Source: Macrostomum hystrix
Taxonomy: Eukaryota > Animalia > Platyhelminthes
Assembly (NCBI GenBank): GCA_950097015.1
Contig: CATNEN010000025.1
Span: 9,114,001 to 9,178,000 of the forward strand
Length of the DNA stretch: 64,000 nucleotides
Reading direction: 5' to 3'
Made by a program: the position numbers and the translations under genes. Positions 46,001 through 58,240 of the stretch are shown here, piece after piece. The first letter of the stretch is position 1. Each line of letters opens with the position of its first letter. The notes beneath the pieces were generated by a model that saw only the letters and a program-made list of their open reading frames with translations, was not told the origin of the DNA and made no database searches.

Positions 46001-49000
46001 CTGTTTCTGACTGCTGGAGGGCAGCACAGACTGTACTAGAAAGGTCATGCTCTGCCTGCCAGCTGCTAGGGCTGCCACCATGCGCGACTGAATCTGGCAA
46101 CACAAATATTTCATTATTGGTCATTGCCTAGATTGGATTGCTAACTATTGGATTATTAGATTGGATTATCTAGAGATCTGAAGTACACTGTCTAGGTAAC
46201 TGGAATAGTCTTTCATGAGATCTGGAACAGACAGTATAGAGATCCGGAATAGATTATCTAGAGATCAGGATCAGAAATAGATTGTCTAGTGATCTGAAAT
46301 TGATTATCTGGAGATCTGGATGATCTTGATGTTATATCTTGATATCTTGATGATCTGGAGATCTGGATGATCTTGATGTTATATCTTGATATCTTGATGA
46401 TCTGGAGATCTGGAATGGATTATCTAGAGATCTGGAATATATTATCTGGAGATCTGGAATATATTATCTAGAGATCTTGAATAGATTATCTAGAGATCTG
46501 GAATAGATGATCTGGAGATCTGGAATGTATTATCTAGAGATCTGGAATATATTATCTACAGATCTTGAATAGATTATCTAGAGATCTGGATTAGATTGTC
46601 TAGAGATCTGGAATATATTATCTAGAGATCTGGAATATATTATCTAGAGATCTTGAATAGATGATCTAGAGATCTGGAATAGATGATCTGGAGATCTGGA
46701 ATGGATTATCTAGAGATCTGGAATATATTATCTACAGATCTTGAATAGATTATCTAGAGATCTGGAATAGATTATCTGGAGATCAGGAGGAATTCCACAA
46801 ATAAATATCTATAAACCAGGGCCATTACACATAGATCTGCACTGCATAAGGCCTACCACATCAGCGATAGCGTCCTGATGCAGGAAGAACACCTCGTGCT
46901 TAGTAGGATGCACATTAACATCCACATTGTGCGGTGCCACCAGCAGGCTAACATAGGCGAACGGTTGAGCGCCGCGCGGCAGAGCCTCTGTAAAAGCGGC
47001 ATCCAAAGCCCGACGCAGCCTGGCCGACTCAACCAGGCGGTGGTTAATGAACAGCACCAGCTGAGTCTTGCGGCCCGCGTACCCCGGCCCGGTGACGTAG
47101 GCGTCCAGACTGAACTCAAGCCGACGGTCAGAGTGCTCAACCCGGATTAGAGATTCGGCCACCTCGGCGCCAGCCAGCAGGCGAATATTTCCAGGAACAG
47201 TGGAATCGGCGGGTGTCTTCAGCGCCGTCTGGCCGCCATCTGGGCCCGGCTTGCGAACAGACATGCCGACGTGGGGATAGTGCAGGGAGTACAGGCCCAC
47301 CACCTGGCGTTTGGTGAACGGGATAGGCAAAGCCAAATGGTGGATACGGGGAACAGGAATGGTAGGCTGGGAAAGATTAGAGAGGAGAATGGGAAAGACA
47401 TAAAAAATAGGATGTTTAGTAAAGATTGGAAGATGGAAATAAGTGGGAAGATAGAAAGGGGCTGGGAAAGTTGAAAGGATGCTAGCTAAGAAGTGAAGAT
47501 ATGGGAAGATCGGAAGATAGAGTTCTATCTCTATTCTATCTATCTGCAGGGGGCCCGGGGCACTTGTCGCACAAGCGACGGAGCGGCACGCCCCCAGACC
47601 GGCGAACTAGGCGCTTTAGCGCTCATCGCGCCGCCTCCCCTGAGCAGGCACCACATACAACAGCACAGACCAGCCGGGGAGGGCAGGAGGCACCCAGAAT
47701 AGGGAGCAGTGTCCCCCACCCCCGCCCCACACGCACATAGCAGACCAAGCCGGGGCGGAAGGCTGATAAGAAATCAGTCCTCAGGGGGGGGCCGGGTGAT
47801 GAGTGTACACTTATCCAATCGCGAGGCAGCGACGTTAGCCGCTGACCCACTCGCCCCTTGGAAGATAAAGTTAGGAGAGTGAAATAATGTTAGGCTTAAA
47901 AAAACTAAAAGAGAAAGAATGCAGGGAAAATAGACTAGCAAAAGTACTTTTAACTAGGTAATTAAGTGCATAATTATTTCACCTCTAAAATTTTCTTAAA
48001 CTCCTCAGCCGCCGATTTTAAAGTTCGCCGACGAATCGGCACATTAAAGAACAGATCCTCGGCCGTGATGGTGGTTCCCTGGTTGCCAGGCACGTACTTG
48101 ACGCCCGATTTCAGCTTTCCCTCGAAGTATTCGCCTCTGATTTGGTTTGACAGGTAAAATCTTGTGTGTTATTTCGCCAAAAGATGTCAAATTTTCCCAC
48201 AACGGTACATCACTTTTTGCTAAGAAATTGCTTCATTCTAAATGGGATAAAAGTTCCAAAAAACTATATTTTTGCCCATTTTTTCAAAGGTCAAACCATC
48301 TTGGCCTATTGAGAATTTCACTGACTGCCGCTGAATTGGAATTGCATCGTCAACTTTCGCATCACCCCCTAGCTGACTAAGTTAGAAGCCTGCACAAACT
48401 GGACACAAATTTGAAATAAATGTACACAACCTAAGTGTACTCTATTTTCTCCATTCATTGTACAAAGCCAGAACTTTGAGAATTCATTTTATAGGGCTAA
48501 TTTTTGCATCAACAATCCAAAAGTCGGAGTAGCCGATGTGTAGGCACTAGGAATAGGTTAGGCTAGGCTAGGCGAAGTGTCCTTGGTTCGACTCTTCACT
48601 GCGTCAAATATTTAAACTAATTGCAAGTCAGTAGTGATGGATGCGAAGCGAATTTTTTAAATTTTATTTTGAAAACAAAAGGGGAAACTTTTAATTAACT
48701 TTTGCATGGCAAAACCAGAGATTAAACAACGGCTAAACCAGAGTTTGAATCATGGCTAAACCAGAGTTTGAATCATGGCTAAACCAGAGTTTGAATCATG
48801 GCTAAACCAGAGTTTGAATCATGGCAAAACCAGAGTTTGAATCATGGCTAAACCAGAGTTTGAATCATGGCAAAACCAGAGTTTGAATCATGGCTAAACC
48901 AGAGTGTGAATCATGGCAAAATGTTTCTTTTGTCATTGAATCGAATTCTCTACATAGATTTTGTTATCGCATAACGTCATAATGATATATATTTTTATGA

Positions 49001-50641
49001 TAATATTTTTGCCTAATATTCATTTAATGTGTTTCTTCTCAATTTTCTACAAAAGCAGCTAAAATAAAAATTCAACTGAGGAACATTGTTAACTGGGGAT
49101 CATCATCAATGGGGAGTCATCATCGAAGGGGGGTCATGGTAAACTGAGGGGGTCATTGTCAACTGGGGGATAATTGTCAACTGGGGGATCATTGTCAACC
49201 GGGGATCATTGTCAACTGGGTGATCATCATCAATGGGGTGTCATCATCAAACGGGGGATCATGGTCAACTGGGGGATCATTGTGAACTGGGGGATCGTTG
49301 TAGCTTTAAAAAATCTGAAAATACAGCTGCTAAAAGGTATACACTGGACGAATTAAAAACATTTCTGCTCCCCGAAGGGGAGCAAAACTTGCTAGTGGAA
49401 TACTAAAGACAACTTACTTCTGGTACAATCGAAACTGGATTACTGCTGACCACTACCTGGTCAATGTACAGCACTACCTGGTCTTTGTTGAACACTACTT
49501 GGTCTCTGTAGAACACTACCTGGTCATTTTAGAGCACTACCTGGTCTTTGTAGACTACTAGACCACTACCTGGTCTTTGTATAGTACTACATGGTCTCTG
49601 TAGACTACAAGACCACTACCTGGTCAATGTACAGCACTACCTGGTCTTTGTTGAACACTACCTGGTCTTTTTAGAACACTACCTGGCCTCTGTAGAACAC
49701 CACCTGGTCTCTCTAGAACACTACCTGGTCTCTGTAGAACACTACCTGGTCTCTGTAGAACACTACCTGGTCTCTGTAGAACACCACCTGGTCTCTGTAG
49801 AACACCACCTGGTCTCTGTAGAACACCACCTGGTCTCTGTAGAACACCACCTGGTCTCTGTAGAACAATACCTGGTCTCTGTAGAACACTACCTGGTCTC
49901 TGTAGAACACTACCTGGTCTCTGTAGAACACCACCTGGTCTCTGTAGAACACCACCTGGTCTCTGTAGAACACCACCTGGTCTCTGTAGAACAATACCTG
50001 GTCTCGGTAGACCACTACTAAGTCTCTCTACCTGTAAGCGCAGTCGGCCTCAGCAGTCTTGCTCACAATGGACACGTGAGCAACGTGGCTAATGCTAGCT
50101 AGAGCTTCCCCGCGAAATCCGTGCGTAGCCAGCGAGCGCAGATCGGTGAAGGCCGTTAGCTTGCTGGTGGTGAAGCGCTCGCAGACAATGGGCATATCGT
50201 CAAAGCGAATGCCGCAGCCATTGTCAACAATCTGTAGCAACTTGATGCCACCATCGCGGGCTAATATCTGTCAAGTCATGTTTCAAGGGTTGGCCCAAAT
50301 ACTGTCGTCAAGAAAACAATTTTTTCAATACCTCCTTATATGTTGATCATAATAAGTCTTGCTATTTCTTTGTAATTCATTTTGATCCCTCAATTTCCAG
50401 GTTCGATCATCACCCTATACAGATCCTCAGTTAAATTAACTGGCCATATTCTAGGTTGGCAGTAGGCCAGTCCCAGTGGTACCTGCACAAGAGTAGCTCC
50501 GGCATCGATGCTATTCTCTAGCAGCTCCTTCACAGCGTTGAATGGCCGCTGGATGACTTCGCCCGCGGCGATGCGATTCACGACAGCCTCGTCTAGGCGT
50601 TGAATGCGCGGCCGGTTATTGACTGTTGATTCCTGTAACAT
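42731..50641 (-). CDS. MLH1: DNA mismatch repair protein MLH1 (MutL homolog), 10-exon gene, ~754 aa
   Basis: Hand-spliced join(50641-50483,50267-50032,48136-47983,47303-46857,46093-45814,45451-45368,45264-45184,44655-44250,43515-43428,43060-42731) = 2265 nt. Motifs: [63 protein letters not shown], and the C-terminal FERC. Linker exons 6-7 and the end of exon 5 are tentative. Confidence 0.95.
43148..43372. repeat. 25-bp minisatellite agtccattgacccattctcccagtt (last MLH1 intron)
   Basis: About 9 units. Confidence 0.95.
43428..43515 (-). CDS. MLH1: MLH1 exon 9
   Basis: Encodes [35 protein letters not shown] donor. Confidence 0.93.
43590..44135. repeat. 20-bp minisatellite tatgaccactgcctgatctc
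   Basis: Read directly. Confidence 0.92.
44250..44655 (-). CDS. MLH1: MLH1 exon 8 (C-terminal domain)
   Basis: Encodes RRLVRLQSV...FVGCID...[15 protein letters not shown]|GTATTT donor. Confidence 0.92.
44772..44965. repeat. 23-bp repeat acacaggtgtgtaca(a/t)ctgacat
   Basis: About 8 units; the core is shared with SINE family A. Confidence 0.9.
45184..45264 (-). CDS. MLH1: MLH1 putative linker exon 7
   Basis: CCTATTTTAG acceptor, encodes [27 protein letters not shown]|GTACGT donor. Phase matches the next exon. Confidence 0.6.
45368..45451 (-). CDS. MLH1: MLH1 putative linker exon 6
   Basis: TTCAGCAG acceptor, phase-1 open frame [15 protein letters not shown]..., GTATGG donor. No homology support. 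Confidence 0.45.
45470..45782. repeat. 22-bp degenerate repeat cagggcacttcagggaatgatt
   Basis: Read directly. Confidence 0.88.
45814..46093 (-). CDS. MLH1: MLH1 exon 5 (linker)
   Basis: Encodes IQSRMVAAL...[14 protein letters not shown]. The donor is at 45814 or 45799 (both phase 1). Confidence 0.75.
46165..46785. repeat. 22-bp degenerate repeat agatctggaatagattatctag
   Basis: Read directly. Confidence 0.9.
46857..47303 (-). CDS. MLH1: MLH1 exon 4 (transducer domain)
   Basis: Encodes VVGLYS...[10 protein letters not shown]...[19 protein letters not shown]. Confidence 0.93.
47983..48136 (-). CDS. MLH1: MLH1 exon 3 (not in the ORF track)
   Basis: Encodes GEYFEGKLK...[24 protein letters not shown]...KILE. 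Confidence 0.93.
48731..48920. repeat. 23-bp repeat catggctaaaccagagtttgaat
   Basis: About 8 units. Confidence 0.93.
49085..49300. repeat. Degenerate ~18-bp repeat gtcaactgggggatcatt
   Basis: Read directly. Confidence 0.8.
49450..50012. repeat. 21-bp minisatellite acactacctggtctctgtaga
   Basis: About 26 units starting just inside MLH1 intron 2. Confidence 0.93.
50032..50267 (-). CDS. MLH1: MLH1 exon 2 (GHKL ATPase motifs)
   Basis: Encodes [20 protein letters not shown]...[15 protein letters not shown]|GTAGAG donor. Confidence 0.95.
50483..50641 (-). CDS. MLH1: MLH1 exon 1
   Basis: ATG at 50641. Encodes [24 protein letters not shown]|GTACCA donor. Confidence 0.93.
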
Positions 50642-51059
50642 TAAAACGGCTGCTGGATTGAAAAGTGCACAGGAGGTCCGATTCAAAAGTGTCAATTCGC
50701 ACTTTTAAATAATTTAATTGGATTGGATTAAAATGCTCATTATGTAGCCCAAGCACATTAATTACTTCTGAATACTTAGTATATGTTATTTAGCATGAAG
50801 CAAAATATATATTATGAAGTAGATTTAAGTAGGGTCAAACAAACATAGAAATGAAGCTAGTCCATCCAATATATTTACAGAACACTTCTAAAAAACACTC
50901 CAACCTCAAAATATTGATACAAATAGATCTGACAGTTCATTGAAAAAATTGTCAGATCTAAATTTAAAAAATGAGGTATATTTAAAAATGCATATTTTTA
51001 TACAAGTAAATGTAAGAAAACATTTTTTTCTCCTTTAATCCATTTGTTTATAATGCATT

Positions 51060-52597
51060 TGTAACAGTGTAGCCAGTTAGTATGCTAATATACTGTTTAT
51101 GTAGTTGCAACAGTGTAGCCAGTTAGTATGCTAATATACTGTTTATGTAGTTGTAACAGTGTAGCCAGTTAGTATGCTAATATACTGTTTATGTAGTTGT
51201 AACAGTGTAGCCAGTTAGTATGCTAATATACTGTTTATGTAGTTGTAACAGTGTAGCCAGTTAGTATGCTAATATATTGTTTATGTAGTTGTAACAGTGT
51301 AGCCAGTTAGTATGCTAATATATTGTTTATGTAGTTGTAACAGTGTAGCCAGTTAGTATGCTAATATACTGTTTATGTAGTTGTAACAGTGTAGCCAGTT
51401 AGTATGCTAATATATTGTTTATGTAGTTGTAACAGTGTAGCCAGTTAGTATGCTAATATATTGTTTATGTAGTTGTAACAGTGTAGCCAGTTAGTATGCT
51501 AATATACTGTTTATGTAGTTGTAACAGTGTAGCCAGTTAGTATGCTAATATATTGTTTATGTAGTTGTAACAGTGTAGCCAGTTAGTATGCTAATCATAC
51601 ATGCGCAACCTCCCAAATCTTAGCCGGCCGTGCGACTTAGTTTTTGCTCTCATTTGCGACTTAGTTCGTTTCATTGCTCTATTTACGACTTAGTTTGCTC
51701 TCATTTGCTCTCTTTTTCTCTCCCCTTTTTCCTTTTTTTCACGCCTTCCTTTTTTGTCCCTTGGTCCCCCCTTTGATTTTTTTGCGCTTGGTTGATTGGT
51801 TTTTGCGACTTACCTTGCTTGGCCCTCGTTTCACCCGGCCTGTTCGGCTGGGTCGGCCGGGTGTTGCGCATGTATGATGCTAATATATTGTTTATGTAGT
51901 TGTAACAGTGTAGCCAGTTAGTATGCTAATATACTGTTTATGTAGTTGTAACAGTGTAGCCAGTTAGTATGCTAATATACTGTTTATGTAGTTGTAACAG
52001 TGTAGCCAGTTAGTATGCTAATATATTGTTTATGTAGTTGTAACAGTGTAGCCAGTTAGTATGCTAATATACTGTTTATGTAGTTGTAACAGTGTAGCCA
52101 GTTAGTATGCTAATATACTGTTTATGTAGTTGTAACAGTGTAGCCAGTTAGTATGCTAATATACTGTTTATGTAGTTGTAACAGTGTAGCCAGTTAGTAT
52201 GCTAATATACTGTTTATGTAGTTGTAACAGTGTAGCCAGTTAGTATGCTAATATACTGTTTATGTAGTTGTAACAGTGTAGCCAGTTAGTATGCTAATAT
52301 ACTGTTTATGTAGTTGTAACAGTGTAGCCAGTTAGTATGCTAATATACTGTTTATGTAGTTGTAACAGTGTAGCCAGTTAGTATGCTAATATACTGTTTA
52401 TGTAGTTGTAACAGTGTAGCCAGTTAGTATGCTAATATACTGTTTATGTAGTTGTAACAGTGTAGCCAGTTAGTATGCTAATATACTGTTTATGTAGTTG
52501 TAACAGTGTAGCCAGTTAGTATGCTAATATACTGTTTATGTAGTTGTAACAGTGTAGCCAGTTAGTATGCTAATATACTGTTTATGTAGTTGTAACA
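51060..52597. repeat. 46-bp satellite gtaacagtgtagccagttagtatgctaatatactgtttatgtagtt, split by a MITE
   Basis: About 27 units. Confidence 0.97.
51596..51876. mobile_element. Non-autonomous DNA transposon (MITE), 281 bp, P- or hAT-type
   Basis: Perfect 14-bp TIRs catacatgcgcaac / gttgcgcatgtatg. 8-bp TSD atgctaat at 51588-51595 and 51877-51884. Internal gcgacttagtt repeats. Interrupts a 46-bp satellite. Confidence 0.9.
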
Positions 52598-54424
52598 GGC
52601 CTATCTAGGCTGACTAAGACAAAGACAGAAGATAGAAAATAATAGATCCTAGTCATTTTGTTAATAGCAATTTCATCAACTGGGCTTGTAGCAACTGATT
52701 TCTATAGTTGGTCACTTCATCACTTCATTCAGAGTTTGGCACACTGAAGGCCTTGTCTTAGTGATCAGTCATCTGTGCCTTAGGTTGTCCGTAAAAGGTG
52801 CATGAATTAAGAGAAGATATGAATTTGACTTTTGAAGTTCTGAAAACTTGCAATCAATACTCTTTGAATTCAATTTCTGGCCAGTTTAAATTCCACCCTC
52901 ATCATGAAACATGTTTAATCAGAAATATAAATTTCTAATTTGTCAATATAATAATAATAATTATGATAGATATATCTTAGTAACTTAACCCTAATCAACT
53001 TCCATATTGAGAGATTTAATACTTTGGTTACTCTATCAACCCTTTGACTAATTGAAAGTTGACAAAATGACCAGCACCTAACATAATAGACATGCCATGT
53101 CACAACTAAAAATAACATTAAGAGACTAGATTAGGACCAGATACATTTAAATATCTTACATTTTAGCTATTATTAGCTAGCTATTTGATAGTTTTTAGTT
53201 TATATAACATGTAATGCTTAACAACTCAATATAGAAAATTAGCCTTTTTATGGCCAATAGGCCCTAGGCCTAGCACACTAATCTGGATCATAGGCCTAGC
53301 ACATTTAGAATAGCTGGATTTTGTTAATTCTATATTATTTTGATAAATAGTAATAGTATAGCACTGACAAGCCAAGCAAGACAAAAAGTAAAATGTTAAA
53401 AAACTGTTGTAGCCAATATATATATATATAGGCCTAGCCAATTTTATATCACTAGGCCTACTGCTAGATACATGTAGTTTAAGTTTTGAAACCTAATTTT
53501 TAGAAGCCTCCAGCTATGTATTAATTACAAGGTTTAAACTTAAACTTTGTAACAAAACTGTTTAGCTAGCTAGCTATTGATTCCTAGGCCTAGTGTTTTG
53601 AAAGAATTGCTAAATACTGAAACAATTCAAGATTTAGGCCTATTAATTCAATCAAGATGAACTAGATGTGTATGCCATATGGTATAGGTCCTGACTCTTA
53701 TTTCGACATTTGTATTAGCTAGACTTTGACTTATTACGCTGCAGTGCTAGGCCCTATAAACAACATTAAATTGGGTTGGACCTAGTTTTACCAGAATAAG
53801 GAAATTTGAAGTATTTAAGTAAGCCTTAGCTTAGTACCGGCGTAGACTGTGTGTGTGGATCCTGCATGTACACCTGGCACGTTGTGAAAGCGTTTAAATT
53901 TTCATAAAAATGAAGCAAAAAAGAATAAACAAATACTCTAACTTCTTTCTTAGCTCTGATGCCTCTAGTTAGTTTTAAAATAAATTTTCTTTGATAGTAG
54001 CTATTATCCTCGAATAATTGTATAAAAATTGTCTGAGATTTTTAATACTCAGGTTGCAGAAAACTTATTCGGAAAAAAACAGGAAAAAATGAAAAAATCA
54101 TCGCATCGCTATATGACCTGCCTTTTGAGAGGATCAAAGCAAAGTAATTTAGTAGGGCCAAACAAGTTATAGAGCTGAGGTAGTGTATACTAGATTTAAG
54201 GATTGTTTAACTTTTCTTTCTACTAGCAGTAGAATTTTTGCGTTGAAAAAATTACGTTGTTTTGTCCTTGTTTGCAAAACGGTTCTAAATCTATAATCAG
54301 ATTTAAAGTTATTAATCAGTTTTGAATGCAAGTAATATTTCGAAAATTAAAATAGTAATAATTAATCATATATAAATTAATATATATAATCATTAATTTT
54401 TATTCTACCCTACAACCCTCTCAC

Positions 54425-54718
54425 AAGGCCTAGGGATTAATCGGAGTGTTAGACTCACAACTTGAAGATCGGAGTTTCGATGACGACACCAATAAAAAAT
54501 GTGTGCCTTCGAGCAAGACACTTAACTCTGCATCGCTATAGTTCACCTAGCTGGATTAAATTACCCAGCATCTGGGTACGTAATTGAGGGTGGGTGTGGC
54601 GTCCCCCCAGTCCATGGACAGTTGCAGCCGTACGCAGCCTTCAGATGCGCCGCTCATTAGCCGCGGCAGAAAATTCAGATGCTGTCGGCCGCACATCTGA
54701 TCCAGTCCGAAAAAAATA
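54425..54718 (+). mobile_element. SINE family B, diverged copy
   Basis: Colinear with 17101-17396: gactcac(a/g)acttgaag, gagcaagacacttaactctgcatcgc, ccagtccatggac, cttcagatgcgccgc, gctgtcggc(c/t)gcacatctg. Confidence 0.8.
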
Positions 54719-55287
54719 CACACAATGCAACGTACCGAACATCCTCCATTATATTGGTAAGCTCACCCTGAATATGCTACTATACTGTACCACATACTCG
54801 CTCCATTCGAGAATCCGCCAGTGTGTACCTTCCACGCGGAACCAAAAAAATGCAAGCGATAAGATCCCAGGAAGCGCAACTTGTGTAGTGAATCGGCTCG
54901 TATGCTGCCATAAATTTGAGCAGTCGATGTGAGCATAATCAAAGCTCACAGCCCGCCGTGGCCTCTACAGTGGCACGCACGTCTTGCACCCTCTAAACCG
55001 ACAAGTGGCCTGAATCAAAGTGGATGAAGGCTGAGAAATGCGCTCCAAACTAAAGGACATCCGGTTTTTTCAGGCATAATGTTGGATCTATTTGTTTACA
55101 AGATTTGCCCAATAATAGCTGACCACACAATGAAGCACTCTGGCTCCTAAATGGCATTATACTAGCTCGTACATATAAAACAATTATTTGAATATCAAAT
55201 CTATACATTTTGGTGAATCACTATGACATAAATCATTAGATAAGCGAAAAATGTAATTTACATGATATAAGTTTTTAATGTGCGTTT

Positions 55288-58240
55288 GTCAGTTGCTGTT
55301 CATTGCCTGACATTTGATAAGTTGCTGCTCATTCATTCCCTGGCATTTGATCAGTTGCTGTTCATTCATTCCCTGGCATTTGATCAGTTGCTGCTCATTC
55401 ATTCCCTGGCATTTGATCGGTTGCTGTTCATTCATTCCCTGACATTTGATCAGTTGCTGTTCATTGCCTGACATTTGATCAGTTGCTGTTCATTGCCTGG
55501 CATTTGATCAGTTGCTGTTCATTCATTCCCTGGCATTTGATCAGTTGCTGTTCATTCATTCCCTGGAATTTGATCAGTTGCTGTTCATTGCCTGGCATTT
55601 GATCAGTTGCTGTTCATTCATTCCCTGGCATTTTATCAGTTGCTGTTCATTCATTCCCTGGCATTTGATCAGTTGCTGTTCATTGCCTGGCATTTGATCA
55701 GTTGCTGTTCATTCATTCCCTGGCATTTGATCAGTTTCTGTTCATTCCCTGGCATTTGATCAGTTGCTGTTCATTCCCTGACATTTGATCAGTTGCTGTT
55801 CATTCCCTGACATTTGATCAGTTGCTGTTCATTCCCTGGCATTTGATCAGTTGCTGTTCATTCCCTGGAATTTGATCAGTTGCTGTTCATTCATTCCCTG
55901 ACATTTGATCAGTTGCTGTTCATTGCCTGACATTTGATCAGTTGCTGTTCATTCCCTGGAATTTGATCAGTTGCTGTTCATTCATTCCGTGACATTTGAT
56001 CAGTTGCTGTTCATTGCCTGACATTTGATCAGTTGCTGTTCATTCCCTGACATTTGATCAGTTGCTGTTCATTGCCTGACATTTGATCAGTTGCTGCTCA
56101 TTCCCTGACATTTGATCAGTTGCTGTTCATTCCCTGACATTTGATCAGTTGCTGTTCATTGCCTGACATTTGATCAGTTGCTGTTCATTCCCTGACATTT
56201 GATCAGTTGCTGTTCATTGCCTGACATTTGATCAGTTGCTGTTCATTCCCTGACATTTGATCAGTTGCTGTTCATTCCCTGACATTTGATCAGTTGCTGT
56301 TCATTGCCTGACATTTGATCAGTTGCTGTTCATTCCCTGACATTTGATCAGTTGCTGTTCATTGCCTGACATTTGATCAGTTGCTGTTCATTCATTCCCT
56401 GACATTTGATCAGTTGCTGTTCATTGCCTGACATTTGATCAGTTGCTGTTCATTCCCTGGAATTTGATCAGTTGCTGTTCATTCATTCCCTGACATTTGA
56501 TCAGTTGCTGTTCATTGCCTGACATTTGATCAGTTGCTGTTCATTCCCTGACATTTGATCAGTTGCTGTTCATTGCCTGACATTTGATCAGTTGCTGTTC
56601 ATTCCCTGACATTTGATCAGTTGCTGTTAATTGCCTGACATTTGATCAGTTGCTGTTCATTCCCTGACATTTGATCAGTTGCTGTTCATTCCCTGACATT
56701 TGATCAGTTGCTGTTCATTCCCTGACATTTGATCAGTTGCTGCTCATTCCCTGACATTTGATCAGTTGCTGTTCATTGCCTGACATTTGATCAGTTGCTG
56801 TTCATTCCCTGACATTTGATCAGTTGCTGTTCATTGCCTGACATTTGATCAGTTGCTGTTCATTCATTCCCTGACATTTGATCAGTTGCTGTTCATTGCC
56901 TGACATTTGATCAGTTGCTGTTCATTCCCTGACATTTGATCAGTTGCTGTTCATTCCCTGACATTTGATCAGTTGCTGTTCATTGCCTGACATTTGATCA
57001 GTTGCTGCTCATTGCCTGACATTTGATCAGTTGCTGTTCATTCCCTGGCATTTGATCAGTTGCTGTTCATTCCCTGACATTTGATCAGTTTCTGTTCATT
57101 CCCTGACATTTGATCAGTTGCTGTTCATTGCCTGACATTTGATCAGTTGCTGTTCATTCCCTGACATTTGATCAGTTGCTGTTAATTGCCTGACATTTGA
57201 TCAGTTGCTGTTCATTCCCTGACATTTGATCAGTTGCTGTTCATTGCCTGACATTTGATCAGTTGCTGTTCATTGCCTGACATTTGATCAGTTGCTGTTC
57301 ATTGCCTGACATTTGATCAGTTGCTGTTCATTGCCTGACATTTGATCAGTTGCTGTTCATTGCCTGACATTTGATCAGTTGCTGTTCATTGCCTGACATT
57401 TGATCAGTTGCTGTTCATTCCCTGACATTTGATCAGTTGCTGTTCATTGCCTGACATTTGATCAGTTGCTGTTCATTGCCTGACATTTGATCAGTTGCTG
57501 TTCATTGCCTGACATTTGATCAGTTGCTGTTCATTGCCTGACATTTGATCAGTTGCTGTTCATTGCCTGACATTTGATCAGTTGCTGTTCATTGCCTGAC
57601 ATTTGATCAGTTGCTGTTCATTGCCTGACATTTGATCAGTTGCTGTTCATTGCCTGACATTTGATCAGTTGCTGTTCATTGCCTGACATTTGATCAGTTG
57701 CTGTTCATTGCCTGACATTTGATCAGTTGCTGTTCATTCCCTGGCATTTGATCAGTTGCTGTTCATTCCCTGACATTTGATCAGTTGCTGTTCATTCCCT
57801 GACATTTGATCAGTTGCTATTCATTCCCTGACATTTGATCAGTTGCTGTTCATTCCCTGGCATTTGATCAGTTTCTGTTCATTCCCTGGCATTTGATCAG
57901 TTGATGTTCATTCATTCCCTGGAATTTGATCAGTTTCTATTCATTCCCTGGCATTTGATCAGTTGCTGCTCATTCATTCCCTGGCATTTGATCAGTTGCT
58001 GCTCATTCATTCCCTGGCATTTGATCAGTTGCTGCTCATTCATTCCCTGGCATTTGATCAGTTGCTGTTCATTCCCTGACATTTGATCAGTTTCTGTTCA
58101 TTCCCTGACATTTGATCAGTTGCTGTTCAGTCCCTGACATTTGATCAGTTGCTGTTCATTCCCTGACATTTGATCAGTTGCTGTTCATTCCCTGACATTT
58201 GATCAGTTGCTGTTCATTCCCTGGCATTTGATCAGTTTCT
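55288..58240. repeat. 29/33-bp satellite acatttgatcagttgctgttcatt(catt)(g/c)cctg
   Basis: About 100 units. Confidence 0.97.

Noticed and set aside
42731-50641. MLH1 inactivation as the cause of repeat proliferation
   Set aside because: The reconstructed frame is intact (~754 aa) with the ATPase motifs and terminal FERC preserved. Only minor substitutions were noted, such as QRPF for QRPA.
50642-50695. N-terminal extension of MLH1 shown in the ORF track
   Set aside because: It begins at TTG. The ATG at 50641 gives a normal MLH1 N-terminus.
53240-53760. Cluster of taggccta/agctagct palindromes upstream of MLH1
   Set aside because: They are irregularly spaced, short, and similar motifs are scattered through the AT-rich DNA, so they look like compositional background.
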